Shown piece after piece: positions 1 through 12,400 of a stretch of DNA of 64,000 bases. The DNA lies in contig NC_086109.1 in NCBI RefSeq assembly GCF_963921235.1, positions 12,586,001 to 12,650,000 on the forward strand, in the 5' to 3' direction. Within the stretch, counting starts at the first letter, position 1; every line of letters starts with the position of its first letter. The notes below the pieces were generated by a model that had not been told where the DNA came from, made no database searches, and worked only from the letters and a program-made list of their open reading frames with translations. Both the position numbers and the translations under genes were made by a program. Source of the stretch: Mobula hypostoma (lineage: Eukaryota).

Positions 1-563
1 CGGACCAGCGTGTGTGGCTTCATTGCCTCAGTTATGAGCTGATTTCATTCACAGCCTGTGGCCTCAAATTCAGGGATTCTGCAGTTCATGTTCTCAATAT
101 AATATGTTTAATTTTATTATTTGCCCGATTTGTCCTCTTTTGCACATTGGAAGTTTTTTGGTCTTTGCTATATGACAGACTCTACTGCATTTCTTTATTT
201 TCCTGTGAGGGCCGGCAAGAAAATGAACTTCGGGGATGTATGTTGTTTACCTACTTTGATAATAAATTTACTTTGAACTAGGGAGGAACTCAGTGGGTCA
301 GGCAGCATTCATGGAGGCAAATTATGATCGTTGTTTTAAATTGAGATGCTACATTTTGGACAGTGAGAAGGAATGATGAGAGTAGTGGTACCAGACCAAG
401 TGGGACGTCCCACTGCTGGGCAGCACGATAGAGGTGGTTAGACTTCTGTACAGAGAGATGGGCATTATACCAAAGTCAGGACCTATCCTGCCTCTCCAGG
501 GAGGATCTGGTGATCCGGAGTGTACCCGTTGTGGCCAGTGTAGGCAGTTGTGATCTGGACTAA

Positions 564-1042
564 AGCCCAATTTATACTTCTGTGTCAAATGTACGCCGTA
601 GGTACCGCGTACCCTACGCCATAGGGTGACATGCGCCTCCCCGAAAAATTAACTCACGCGTTGCGGCGACGCAGACCGCAACAACTGAAATTGGTCCACC
701 TGGTAGCATCGCATTTCCTCCTACGCATTTCTGGTTGCTTTTCTCCGCCATGTCCGCACACTGATGCAAAATAAATGGTTGGAGATGATGAACCAAATCG
801 TCAAATCCACCTGCCTACATCCGAAAATATTTGAAATGCATTTCCTCGTCCATGTCTTTCACGAAGAAACTCAACACAGTAGCATAGAGACCCCACCGCT
901 AACTAGCATTTTGGCGGTGAATTGCAGAGCGACTCAGACACAACAACGCATGCTCGCTACAGCGTAGGGCTACGCAGTAGTATAAATCAGGCCTACTGCG
1001 TAGGATACGGCGTAGCTCGTACACGCAAGTATAAATCAGCCT
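564..1042. mobile_element. PIF/Harbinger non-autonomous element
   Basis: TIRs AGCCCAATTTATACTT and AGGCTGATTTATACTT (reverse complement); TAA target duplications at 561-563 and 1043-1045. Confidence 0.8.
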
Positions 1043-1527
1043 TAAGCCGACATCTGGGTCCAGTTGCATGGAGCGGGGTCACAGTCTGTTGCTGTAATAA
1101 AACTGGTAATCAAGCTCATGAGAACAAATCCCGCCCAAGAGAATTATGTCGGTGCCCATAGTCAAAGCCTCGACAACACCTCTATAAAAAGTATTGCTTC
1201 TGACCAGTCCTCGGCCCTCGGGCCATCAGCGAGATCATATATCCATTCTGCAGCCACTGACCGGATGGTCGCTGGTCGCTCTGACAACAAGGCAGCTGAT
1301 GGGTCAAACAATTTGACCTTCGCCACCATCTTTAATGTTCATAAACAGGGAGTGTGTGCCCACAGTCCTTAGTTAGTCCAATCTCGGCATTCCCGCCTTT
1401 CCCAAACTGTACCTGCAATTCGTTTTATGTGAGGTGTCCAAATATAATTGTTGTTATGCTTGTTTGTGAATATTTCAGACTGTTTAAAATGGGTAATATG
1501 GGTCCAAAGTTGTCAAGCCGAGGAGCG

Positions 1528-2095
1528 GTAGTGGGGACAAGCTCCCATTACCTAAAAGTGCTTCTCATGGCAGGCGACTCAAATAGCCTCTGACAACCAA
1601 GTCCAACTCCTGGCCTTCTCGTGTGGCTTAGCCTCTAAGCCTAGCGGAACTGTTTCTACTGACAGGAGAAGGGGCAAAGGCAGGACCTGGCGCCTTAAAA
1701 CCAGTGCTTCGGGTAGATGGAGCTCGTCAGCCTAGGAAGGCAGCCCATCTAAGAGAGGGAAAACTCTGATTTCAAACCTCCACTGCCTTGCAGCCATACC
1801 TACTCATGGGAAAGGCTTCGGGAGTAAATCCTGAGAACAAATCCGGAGCTGGAGTCCCTAAGGCAGTCCGACTTTGCTTTCAACCTCGCTCTGGCAACTT
1901 CTGCAACGTCACTGGTGCCAAGCTGTATTGGCACTTGCCCTTCCCTTGGACAACATTGGTAGCATGGAGAGGGGAGACTTGCTGCTTGGGCAACTGCCAG
2001 TCTTCCATACAACCTTGCCCAGGCCTGCGCCCTGGAGAGTCTGAAGCTAGACCTTCCAGGCGCAGATCCATGGTCTCGCGAGACTAACGGATGCC
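1528..2095 (+). mobile_element. Non-autonomous element, probably RTE-clade derived
   Basis: Its 3' about 200 bp is shared with the SINE at 7503-7822; the 5' part resembles RTE-type UTRs. Family assigned from memory. Confidence 0.5.
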
Positions 2096-2223
2096 ATCTG
2101 TAATTACCCAGACCTTAAAATGTTTCTTCTTCTTTTTACTTTTTATAGTAATTGTTTTCTTTTTATTTGTTAAATATTCTTACAGATTTTCAAATGTCAG
2201 GCACACCATGATTTCACTAGTGT

Positions 2224-2360
2224 ACTTCCTGTTGCCTTCTTCCTCACTAATATTCTATCAACATCTCTATTGAATAATCCCTTTGCTCCAAGAATTAAGA
2301 GCTGTTTTCTTTTCCTGAATGTTCTAATAACCCTACCTGTTTCCTGCCTGGTGAGTGACA
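2224..2360 (+). pseudogene. Dead promoter+leader module 1
   Basis: ETS motifs at 2224-2245. ATG 2319 is followed by TTC TAA; the exon is 32 nt instead of 37; the donor GTGAGT at 2351 is retained. Confidence 0.65.
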
Positions 2361-2545
2361 CCCAGAACTGAACATTCTCATGGTTAGTCATAGTTCAGAA
2401 CTAGTGAAAGATTTCCTCAAAGGCGATGATTAAATATCAGGTTCAAGTTTAATAATGATTCAACTGTACATGAATACAAATGAACCAGTGTTCTTCTGAG
2501 GTCAAGGTGCCAAACACATTACCAATAGCCCGTTACACACTACAT

Positions 2546-4170
2546 CTGCAGCATGCTGCCACCCACACTGGCCCCCCTACAATTCGTCTACTGACACAAC
2601 CGATCGACAGATGACGCAATAGCCACAGCTCTACACACCGTCCTTACACACCTGGAGAAGAAGGATGCTTATGTGAGAATGCTGTTCTTGGACTACAGTT
2701 CAACCTTCAACACCATAATTCCCTCCAGACTTGACAAGAAGCTCAGAGACCTCCTCGGCCTTCACCCTGCCTTGTGCAGCTGGATCCTGGACTTCCTGTC
2801 AGATCACCGGTTGGGGGTAAGAGTGGGCTCCCTCACCTCTGCCCCTCAACACAAATGCCCCTCAGGGCTGTGTACTAAGGCCCCTCCTTTACTCTCTGTA
2901 TACCCATGACTGTGTCACCACCCACAGCTCCAGTCTGCTAATTAAATTTGCTGATGGCACTACACTGATTGTTCTAATGACATAACATTGGTGTCAAGAA
3001 AGCAACCTCTCCCTCAATGTCGCAATAACAAAGGAGCTGGTTGTGGACTACAGGAGGAATGGAGACAGACTAACCTCTATTGACATCAATCGATCTGGGG
3101 TTGAGAGGGTGAACAGCTTTAAATTCTTCGGCATAAACATCACCGAGGATCTCACATGGTCTGTACACACCAGCTGTGTGGTGAAAAAGGCACAACAGCG
3201 CCTCTTTCACCTCAGACAGTTGAAGAAGTTTGGTGTGGGCCTCTAAATCCCAAGAACTTTCTACAGAGGCACAATTGAGAGCATCCTGACTGGCTATATC
3301 ACTGCCGGGTATGGGAACTGTATTCCCCTCAATCGCAGGACTCTGCAGAGAGTGGTGCAGACAGCCCAGCGCATCTGTAGATGTGAACTTCCCACTATTC
3401 AGGACACTTACAGAGACAGGTGCGTAAAAAAGGCCTGAAGGGTCATTGAGGACCCGAGTCACCCCAGCCACAGACTGTTCCAGCTGCTACCATCCAGGAA
3501 ATGATACCGCAGCATAAAAGCCAGGACCAACAGGCTCCGGGACAGCTTCTTCCACCGGGCCATCAGACTGATTAACTCATGCTGACACAACTGTATTTCT
3601 ATGTTATACTAACTATCCTGTTTTACATAATATTTATTATAAATTACTATAAATTGCACATTGCACATTTAGATGGAGACACAACTTAAAGATTTTTACT
3701 CCTCGTGTAAAAATCAGAGATTAAGGGAGCTAGGGCTTTACTCTTTGGAGAGAAGGAGGATGAGAGGAGACATGATAGAGGTGTACAAGATAATAAGAGG
3801 AATAGATAGAGTGGATAGCCAGTGCCTCTTCCCCAGGGCACCACTGCTCAATACAAGAGGACATGGCTTTAAGGTAAGGGGTGGGAAGTTCAAGGGGGAT
3901 ATTAGAGGAAGGTTTTTTACTCAGAGAGTGGTTGGTGCATGGAATGCACTGCCTGAGTCAGTGGTGGAGGCAGATACACTAGTGAAGTTTAAGGGACTAC
4001 TAGACAGGTACATGGAGGAATTTAAGGTGGGGGCTTATATGGGAGGCAGGGTTTGAGGGTCGGCACAACATTGTGGGCCGAAGGGCCTGTACTGTGCTGT
4101 ACTATTTTATGTTCTATGTTCTATATGAAGGATGTAAGTAATAAAGCCAATCCAATTCAATTCAATTCAC
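2546..4170 (+). mobile_element. Rex1/Babar LINE, RT to 3' tail, interrupted by a CR1 at 3711-4123
   Basis: Motifs [33 protein letters not shown] and DSFFHRAIRLINS; (caatt)n tail at 4150-4170. Confidence 0.85.
3711..4123 (+). mobile_element. CR1 LINE 3' end, young and open
   Basis: LGLYSLERRRMRGDMIEVYKI...FFTQRVVGAWNALP; (ttctatg)n tail. Confidence 0.92.
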
Positions 4171-5274
4171 TTGGCACTTGGCACAAATAGCACATTTGGT
4201 TACAATTGCAGAAAAACATACCATTAGAAAGGGAAAAAACAATGGTTTTGTCCCTGAGTGGCATGACTGTAGATTGATAAATTGTCCTGGTCCAGCTTCT
4301 TCCACAGAGCGGACATTAGAGAACAGCACCAACTGGGGGGGGGGGGGGTGGTCAGCCTTCAACCCGCTACAGATTCCAATGCGCCAATAGAGGTTTCTGC
4401 ACTCCCCCACACTGCCTGTGGTCCCTCCTCCACTGGGTAATTACAGCAGGCCTAGTCCTCACTGTGCAGGCCTAGTCCTCACCACAACCAAGGCCATGCA
4501 GCTCACCTGCCCTCGGTCTCACCAATAAACCAGTGAACCCGACTTGCACTATTCTACTTTACCAAAGTCCAATAGGATCTTTCAATCACAATATAAAGTC
4601 CAAGCTAATTATTCACACCACGGACCACCTCAGCGCAACAACAGTCCCCAAAAAGTCTAGGTGACAGCATGACGGTATGTAATATGTCCAGCTCCATCCC
4701 TATCAAGCAACTGGCTGATGGGACAGTCCTGCAGTACTTGATGTTCTTAGTATCCAGCAGTGATCTGCGTTTGTAAAAAAGGACGTAAAAGATGAACAAA
4801 TACGCCTTTGATTGGAACCACCGCGTCCGAGCGCACTGTCACCTTACTGGAATATGTGCAGACGTGTAGTTGTGGAAAATGTGGGAACCACAATATAGCT
4901 AAGATGAGAATCATTTACCACTGAATGCCCAGCCTGTTACTTTTTCTTGCTGGCATAATGTTTATGTGTCAACTACCCTTTCTGATGCCTCACTGAAATG
5001 CCTGAGGCTTTGATAAGTTGCAAATACCTCCGCTCTCTCTCTTTAGATTCACTAACCAATACATTGACTACAAAATGGTCAAATTCCTATTATCGCGACA
5101 CTAAAATGAACACCCTGCAGTCTCATGCTTTTAGCCTACCAACTCCTAATGAATAGAATAATGACATGTGCTCTCCATACTGTGTGTCCAAGTTCAGGGA
5201 GGGTCCAGAAAGAACTGAGATACAATGATACCTAGGGTAAGCATTTCTAGCAATGAAGGGAGAAATACAATTAC

Positions 5275-5625
5275 AAAGTCATAGAACACTACAGCTCTTC
5301 AGCCCATCTAGTTCATGTTGACTCGTTTTTCTGCAAAGACTCATTGAACTCCATCTGGATCATACCCTTTCCAGACTCAACACATCCATGTGACTATCTA
5401 AACTGCTCTGAAATGTCGCAATTGAACCTGCATCCATCACTTCTCCTGTTAGCTCTCTCCACACTTTCACCACACTCTGAATGAAGGTCTTTGCCCCCAG
5501 GTTCCCCTTAAATATTTCACCTTTTACGCTAAACCTATAACCTGTAGTTCTAGTCTGACCCAACCTCCGGGGAAAAACACCTGCATATATTTACATTGAC
5601 TATAACCCTCATAAATGTGTATTAT
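5275..5625 (-). mobile_element. CR1 LINE 3' fragment
   Basis: TRTTGYRFSVKGEIFKGNLGAKTFIQSVVKVWREL on the - strand. Confidence 0.75.
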
Positions 5626-5701
5626 TCTCCTAGGAGAATTTTTAGTGGTTAATTAGCCTATTAGACTTTTGTCAGCTGGCTCAGTGTGATTTTAGTACTG
5701 G

Positions 5702-5860
5702 ACTTCCTGCGCCCTTCTTCCTCATTTACATTTCAGCATGCACTTCTGACAGTCCTATCAGCCAGGTGACGGACTAAGTATGTTGGCCTGGACCCTGCCG
5801 ATAAAGTAATATGGAGTCTGATTCTTCCCATGTTTTCTCTTCCTGATGAGTGACAGCCAG
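5702..5860 (+). pseudogene. Dead promoter+leader module 2
   Basis: ETS motifs at 5702-5723. The homologous start codon is ATA (5809-5811) and the donor is ATGAGT (5846). Confidence 0.65.
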
Positions 5861-6251
5861 GGGTGGATATCCTGTTAATCAAAGTAAATTTATTATCTAA
5901 GTAAGTATATGTCAGGTGAGTGGTACAAATGTGGGATAAAATCAGCAGTCATTGCCCATTTCTAATTGTCTTCAGATGATGCTGGTGCAATACCTCTTCC
6001 AGGGAGACGGGGGATGTAATTTTCCAATCAATCTCAACAATTTTGTGATTTTGTTTTCTTTTTTTTCCTGCTTTTCTTGCAATTCATCATGATGTTTCAG
6101 TCATTAACTCATTAATAACACTGATAATATTTTAACTTGCTGGTTTTCACTATTTCCATCTGCCAATGTCAATCAGTTCAGAATAATTTGTGAAAGAAAA
6201 TTGAGAGGGTTTCAGGTTTCAAGTGTTAACTCACTGTGCTTTCATGGTTGG

Positions 6252-6272
6252 ACTTCCTTTGCCTTCTTCCTC
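6252..6272 (+). promoter_or_regulatory. Tandem ETS/PU.1-like sites (ACTTCCT ... CTTCCTC) upstream of the active leader
   Basis: A GGAA core is at the equivalent position in all five leader modules. Factor identity is inferred from the consensus only. Confidence 0.55.
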
Positions 6273-6373
6273 ATTTAGTTTCTATATTGCCTTTTTACTA
6301 GGTGGATATTGAGCTTCAAAGATTAAGAACTGGGTGACTGACAAAAGCAGGCTTGGTTTCTGCGAATAAAATA

Positions 6374-6410
6374 ATGTGGATTCTAATTCTTCTCATTTGC
6401 TTCCTGCCGG
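6374..6410 (+). CDS. Signal-peptide (leader) exon MWILILLICFLP, phase-1 donor
   Basis: ATG 6374, 12 hydrophobic codons plus 1 nt, then G|GTGAGT. Joined to V1 it gives MWILILLICFLPVSGALWA. Confidence 0.9.
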
Positions 6411-9400
6411 GTGAGTAACAGCTAGTCCCGGACATTTTTAAAATCAGTGTTTTGGTCTTGTGCAATGTTCCCACAACAAAGATGTTTAACTATGTGTAGA
6501 CTTGTAAAGATATAAAAATGTCACTCAATAGGTGTTGTCAAGTAATTTCTTGTGTGTCTGCACTGGCGTACCACACATATAGCACCAATACTGACTAAGG
6601 TTTTTAGTATAAATTGTAAATGAAAAAGAAGGGCATTTAAGTTAAAAGTCTATACAAGTAACAAAGTTGAAACACGTAGGTCATGATTCTCTTCTGTTAT
6701 AAAGTTGCTGTTTACTTCCACGCCTGGTGGTGCATCGGGTGGCAACCTTGCTGTTTATTTAGCATTTGTCCAGTTTTATGAGGCTGTGTTGCTAGACGTT
6801 CAACCCAGCACGGTTGGAAAGTGTGCAAGGAGAACCCAGGTAATACACACAAAATGCTGGAGGAACTCAGCATTTTGTGTTTATTACTTTGATTTCCAGC
6901 ATCTGCAGGTTTTCTCTTGCTTGTGAAGGAGAACCTGGGACCACACACCATCATAGTCCAGTGCAGATGCCTCTTTACCACCTGCCGGTTATCTGTTAAA
7001 AGGTAATGTTTCGAATAATCTGCAGTTTTAATTGAGTACATATAATCGTCTCTTGTACTCAATTGTTTTTGTTCATTAAAATCCAGTTTAATGATCCTTT
7101 CTTCAGGACTGAAGGTCTGTGTTACTCTTGCAATGAGGAAGCATTTTCTTCTTGCTCAGTACTGCTAATCACGTAAACTTGTCAACTTCACCCACGGCCT
7201 TTTCACTCTAGTGGCCAAATGGAGTTTGTGAGTGTGTTGCCGATTCTTGGGGTTACGGGCATCACTGAGTTCAAGATAATAAATGGCCGGCATTCTGGAG
7301 CCACGTCAGAGAGGCAATTAGTAATCAAGCACATTGGTGGTTCATGCCTGACAGGAATGTTAGATCTCCTTATCAAAGGACATTACCAAACCAGCGTGCT
7401 TTGGTAAAACCTGGTAGTTTCTTCTTCACCCTCACTGTTACACAGTACAGTAACAAACTCCAAGGCTGAACTCATCCATGTGCCTTCATAATCTAATTCC
7501 ACTTGCCTATGGCATCCGTTAGTCTCATGAGACCATGGATTTGTGCAGGTTTCTTGGACCTTGGAAGGTTTCTAGGGCGCAGGCCTGGGCAAGGTTGTAT
7601 GGAAGACCAGCAGTTGCCCATGCTGCAAGTCTCTCCTCTCCACGCCACCGATGTTGTCCAAGGGAAGGGCATTAGGACCCATACAGCTTGGCACTGGTGT
7701 CGTCGCAGAGCAATGTATGGTTAAGTGCCTTGCTCAAGGACACAACACGCTGCCTCAGCCAAGGCTCGAACTAACAACCTTCAAATCACTAGACGAACAC
7801 CTTAACCACTTGGCCACATGCCTATGTCCCTCTAAATCTCTAATATGATCCAGGAGATGAAGGTGTTGAGGTCTACAGTGACTTAGTAGTTTGGATTCAG
7901 AATTGGCTTTTCTATTGAAGACAGAGAGTAGTGCTGGAAAGTGTTACTCTGGCTAGAGGTCCATTACCAGTGGATGCTCCAAAGGGATTGGTACTGGGGC
8001 TTCTGTGACTTGAATTAGAAGGTAGATGCCTGGCTTAGTAAGTTTGCAACTGACACAAAGGTTGATGGAGTTTGGGACAGTGTATAAGATTGTCACAATC
8101 CTTGGACTGTGTTGGTCTTTGAAGTAAAATAAAACATTTCACTGTATGTTTCAATGAACATGTGATAAAAAAAAACTAATCTAATTTCTTAGATCAGTTA
8201 CAGGTATTGGCTGAAAAATGGCCAGAACAGTTTGATCCAGTAAGTGTGAGTTGTTGCTCTTTGAGACGTCAAATGTAAAGGGACAGAAGTCAGTTGATGG
8301 CAGGACTTTTGACAGCATGGATATGACCTCTGAAAAGAGGATGCTGTCCAAGTTGCATGCCATCTTGGTCAATGTTTCCCATCCACTACATAATGTACTG
8401 GGTGGGCACAGGAGTACATTCAGCCAGAGATTCATTCCACCGAGATGCAACACAGAGCATCATAGGAAGTCATTCCTGCCTGTGCCCATCAAACTTTACA
8501 ACTTCTCCCTTGGAGGGTCAAACATCCTGAGCCAATAGGCTGGTCCTGGACTTATTTCCTGGCATAATTTACATATTACTATTTAACTATTTATGGTGCA
8601 ACTGTAACGAAAACCAATTTCCCCCGGGATCAATAAAGTATGACTATGACTATGACTATGACTATATAGGGGCAGTTTGGGGTTCTAGTTCATAGCTAGG
8701 GTGGTGGGGTAGAGATATGTCTCTACCAAAGGAGGTGTAACACACTCCTTCTCTCTACTAGCCTGCAGGTCACCATTGGGCAATGTGTAGCACTTGTTTA
8801 GCCCTGATCAGGGTAACACGATGCCATGGGAGCAGGTGGTGGATGGTCGTATGAGCAGCTGGTGTATATCATAAGTCCAGGTTATGCGACCACTGACGCC
8901 AGACAGACAATCTCTGACGAGTATTGATAATAGCTGGGGTCATCTGTCTTGTAAAGACATTGCCCAGAAGAAGGCAATGACAAACCACTCCTGTCGAAAA
9001 ATTTGCCAAGAACAATCATGGCCATGACTATGATTGTCTACATCATACAATATGGCACATAATGATGATGATAATGAATTCATAGCTCCCATACAATTAG
9101 ACGAGGTGGTACAGAAGGCATATAGCCTTCATCAGCAATTCATTCAGTAGAAAGTCAGAAAGTCATATTGCAGCCTTATAAAACTTTAGTTAGGCCACAC
9201 ATGGAGTAATGTGTGTAGTGTTGTGACCCCATCATATGAAGGATGTGGAAGCTTTGGAAAGAGAACAGAAGGGGTTTAACATGATTCTGCCTGGATTAGA
9301 GATTATGTGCTATAAGGAGAAGTTGTTCAAAGTTGGATTGGAGACAGAGACTGATGAAAGTTGAAAATTATGAGAGGCAGAGTTAGGATAGACAGTCAGA

Positions 9401-12400
9401 TCTAGAGTGATAGAATCACAGAAAAGTATAGTACAGAAACAGGCCCCTTGACCTATCTAGTCCATACCAACCCATTTAAACTGCTCATTTCCATCAACCG
9501 GTACCAAGGCTATAGCCCCCCATACTCCTACTATCCATGTCCCTAACCAGACTTCTCTTATATGCTGAAATCGAGCTTTCAAGTACAGGTGGAGGAAGCC
9601 ATCTTTATACATCTTTACAGACATATTCTCCATTTATTCTATTTCACCAACACCACAACAAGTCCAAAAATAGTCTACAGACCTCATGCAATACCAGTTT
9701 CTCTCGGTTTTCAAACTCTCACCATTCAGAACCCAGCTTGCTAAAAATTTAAGGAGCAAGTGAGGTGAGAATGGATGGTCAATGGTTCTGTGAGTATCAA
9801 GGGAGTCCATTGATCTTCACACCCAATTGTCAACTGAAAAATCAATTTTCTTGTGGGCATTCACAGCAGAAAAAGTATAATAGAATCAATGTAAGACTAC
9901 ACACTAACAAGAGACTGACAAATAACCAATGTGCAAATACAAAAATAAATAGAAATGTAACCAGCTGACCATCGAATATCATTATTTATTGTTAAAGTGC
10001 ACTTATGTATTCACCCTGGTAATGCTAAAATAGCTGTCTGTGCCTTTAAAAGAAAACAGTGATGTCATTATGCACGTGTGGAGTAGAAAGAAGAGTTGAA
10101 GGTTCTAGAAAGAATGTCGAAGGCTAGTCGCATGGTGAGGAAGGATGAATAATATTTGATAATATCCATGTAAATTTGTTTATACTTGTTTGTAAATCTA
10201 GAATATCGGTAATTTGACATGTTTTGCATGTGGATGCTTCATATTTTTGTGAGTAAGATGTTGGCATTATATAGTGTGGTTGCGTAAAGTTCCTTATCGG
10301 CCTAGTAGGTTAGTCTTTCTAGTAATTTATCTACAAGGCATTATACTGTAAAAGTCTATTTTTGTCTTACTTTATTGTTTCATGAGCAAATGTGAACATA
10401 ACCTAGTAATGTGAATGTGTTAATCTCTGTTCACGTAGTATGAGAGAGGATAACTTGTCTATAACTTGCCTATATGTGTTTGGAACTTAACCACGTGTGT
10501 GCCAAAGTGAGTATATCCCTTAATTAACATGAGATGTATTTATTCATATTTTTGATGTTGTGTATAAGGTACAGGGTTAGTGGGAGTCTAATACTGTTTG
10601 TATGGTTTTATAGAATTGCCACTACCGTATTGGTTTGTATAGTTTATTTTATTTATTTTCATACTGCAGACAAAACAAGGGTATGGACCGAAATTAAGCT
10701 GAGATTGTCACAGCAGGAACTGTGTTTTTCATTAATGTGTATTGTGATGTTATTTTGATACCCTCTTTCTGCATTAAAATACCTAAAACAGATAAAGGAC
10801 TTAATGACCCCTAAAAATATTTGTGGTCCTGCGTGTGTATTTTTCCCCAGGCTACAAAAGATAAGATAGGTAGATAAATAACATTCAGAAAATGAGACGT
10901 AGAGTCCTTGAAAGTGAGTCAGTAGATTGTGGAATCAGTTCAGTGTTGAGGTGAGCGAAGTTACCCATGGTGAAGCAGGAGTGACCCCACAATGTACTGG
11001 CATAGGGGAGGAAACACTGACATAGCAACAGCACCGGCAGTACTTCAGACCAAAGTCATTGGCTGTGAAGTCATGGGACACCTCCTCAGGACATGATCAA
11101 GAGTGATATTCTTATTGAGACACAACTGCAGACACTGGAGGAACTCAGTGAGTCAAGCTGCATCTCTGGGTGGGGGGAGATGGGTGAGAAAGATATTGTC
11201 GATGTTTTGGCTTGATTCCCTATCTTAGGACTGAGGGTGGAGAGGAAAGATAGTCTGTATCAAAAGGAGAGGGGGAGTGGCGAGACAGGAGCCAGTAGCT
11301 CATTAGTGGACCGAAGAGGGCTGTAGGATAACAGGCAGATGGAACCCTTTTAGGGTAAGGGGAGCGGTGATGTTTGGAGATAGAGCTGGGTGGATGATAG
11401 CTGGAAGCAGCCAGATGAAAACAAAAGGTAGATGGATCCAGGTGGATGGTAGGGAGGGTGACGATTGAGACAATGAGGAAGGTGAGGAGCAGGAACACAA
11501 CCAGTGCAAGAAGCTAATGATTAATATCTGATGATTTTTTACAATCATCTTTTATCATAAATCTGACGGAATTCCTTTTAAATCAATAATGGGCAGGCAG
11601 TAACTATTTGCAAAATGTACATCAGCATATGAAGCAATTCCTTTCCCACGGAATCTGAATATTCTTCTGTTTAATTTCAGATGCCTTGTTGGCTAAATTG
11701 ATTTTACACCTTAATTTTCTGAAGCACTTCCTCCTTAGTTTCAGGTGCATTGTGGGCAGAGAGTTATGTAAGAGGAGTTGTGGGAAGAGCGATCACAATC
11801 AATTGTCACTATGAAGCAACGTACCGCTCACACACAAAGTATTGGTGTCATGGATGGAGTCGTCATTGTTCAGTTTTAGTGGAAACAAATGGGCAACGCG
11901 GACGGAGTGGACGAGTGTCAATCACAGATAACCCGGAACAGGGAATATTTACTGTTACTATGGAGAATCTTCACTCTCGAGATAAAGGGTGGTACAGCTG
12001 TGGAATTACAGAAAAAAGTCCCAATCCGAGATTTTATGTTCATCTACAAGTAATTGATAGTAGGTTTCTTAGTGATTAACCTTGTGCTTTCAATGTTATT
12101 TATTTGCATTAAATTCTTCCTTTCCATCAAATCTGAAAATACCTCCCTCAGTTTCAGGTGCATTGTGGGCAGATGAATATGTAACAGGAGTTGTGGGAAG
12201 AGCGATCACAATCGATTGTCACTATGAAGCAAAGTACCACTCACACACAAAGTATTGGTGTCATGGATGGACTCATCAATGTTCAGTTTTAGTGGAAACA
12301 AATGGGCAACACGGACGAAGTGGACGAGTGTCAATCACAGATAACCCGGAACGGAGAATATTTACTGTTACTATGGAGGATCTTCACTCTGGAGATACAG

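Larger units (their letters stand above)
7875..9410 (+). mobile_element. Degraded CR1 RT region hosting two nested insertions
   Basis: CR1-like blocks resume colinearly after each insert. Confidence 0.65.

Noticed and set aside
3673-4056. Open 127-140 aa ORFs (also 29666-30091, 31130-31552, 52273-52659) as host genes
   Set aside because: They are C-terminal RT fragments of 5'-truncated CR1 or RTE copies ending in typical LINE tails.
4335-4348. G14 run and G-rich purine tracts (11.2-11.5, 18.6-18.9, 55.0-55.3 kb) as functional G-quadruplex elements
   Set aside because: A simple homopolymer and parts of an abundant repeat family; nothing specific to this locus.
7760-7822. tRNA genes at tRNA-like heads (also about 13300-13370, 38395-38460, 42385-42440)
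   Set aside because: They are degenerate, cannot form a full cloverleaf and are fused to SINE bodies.
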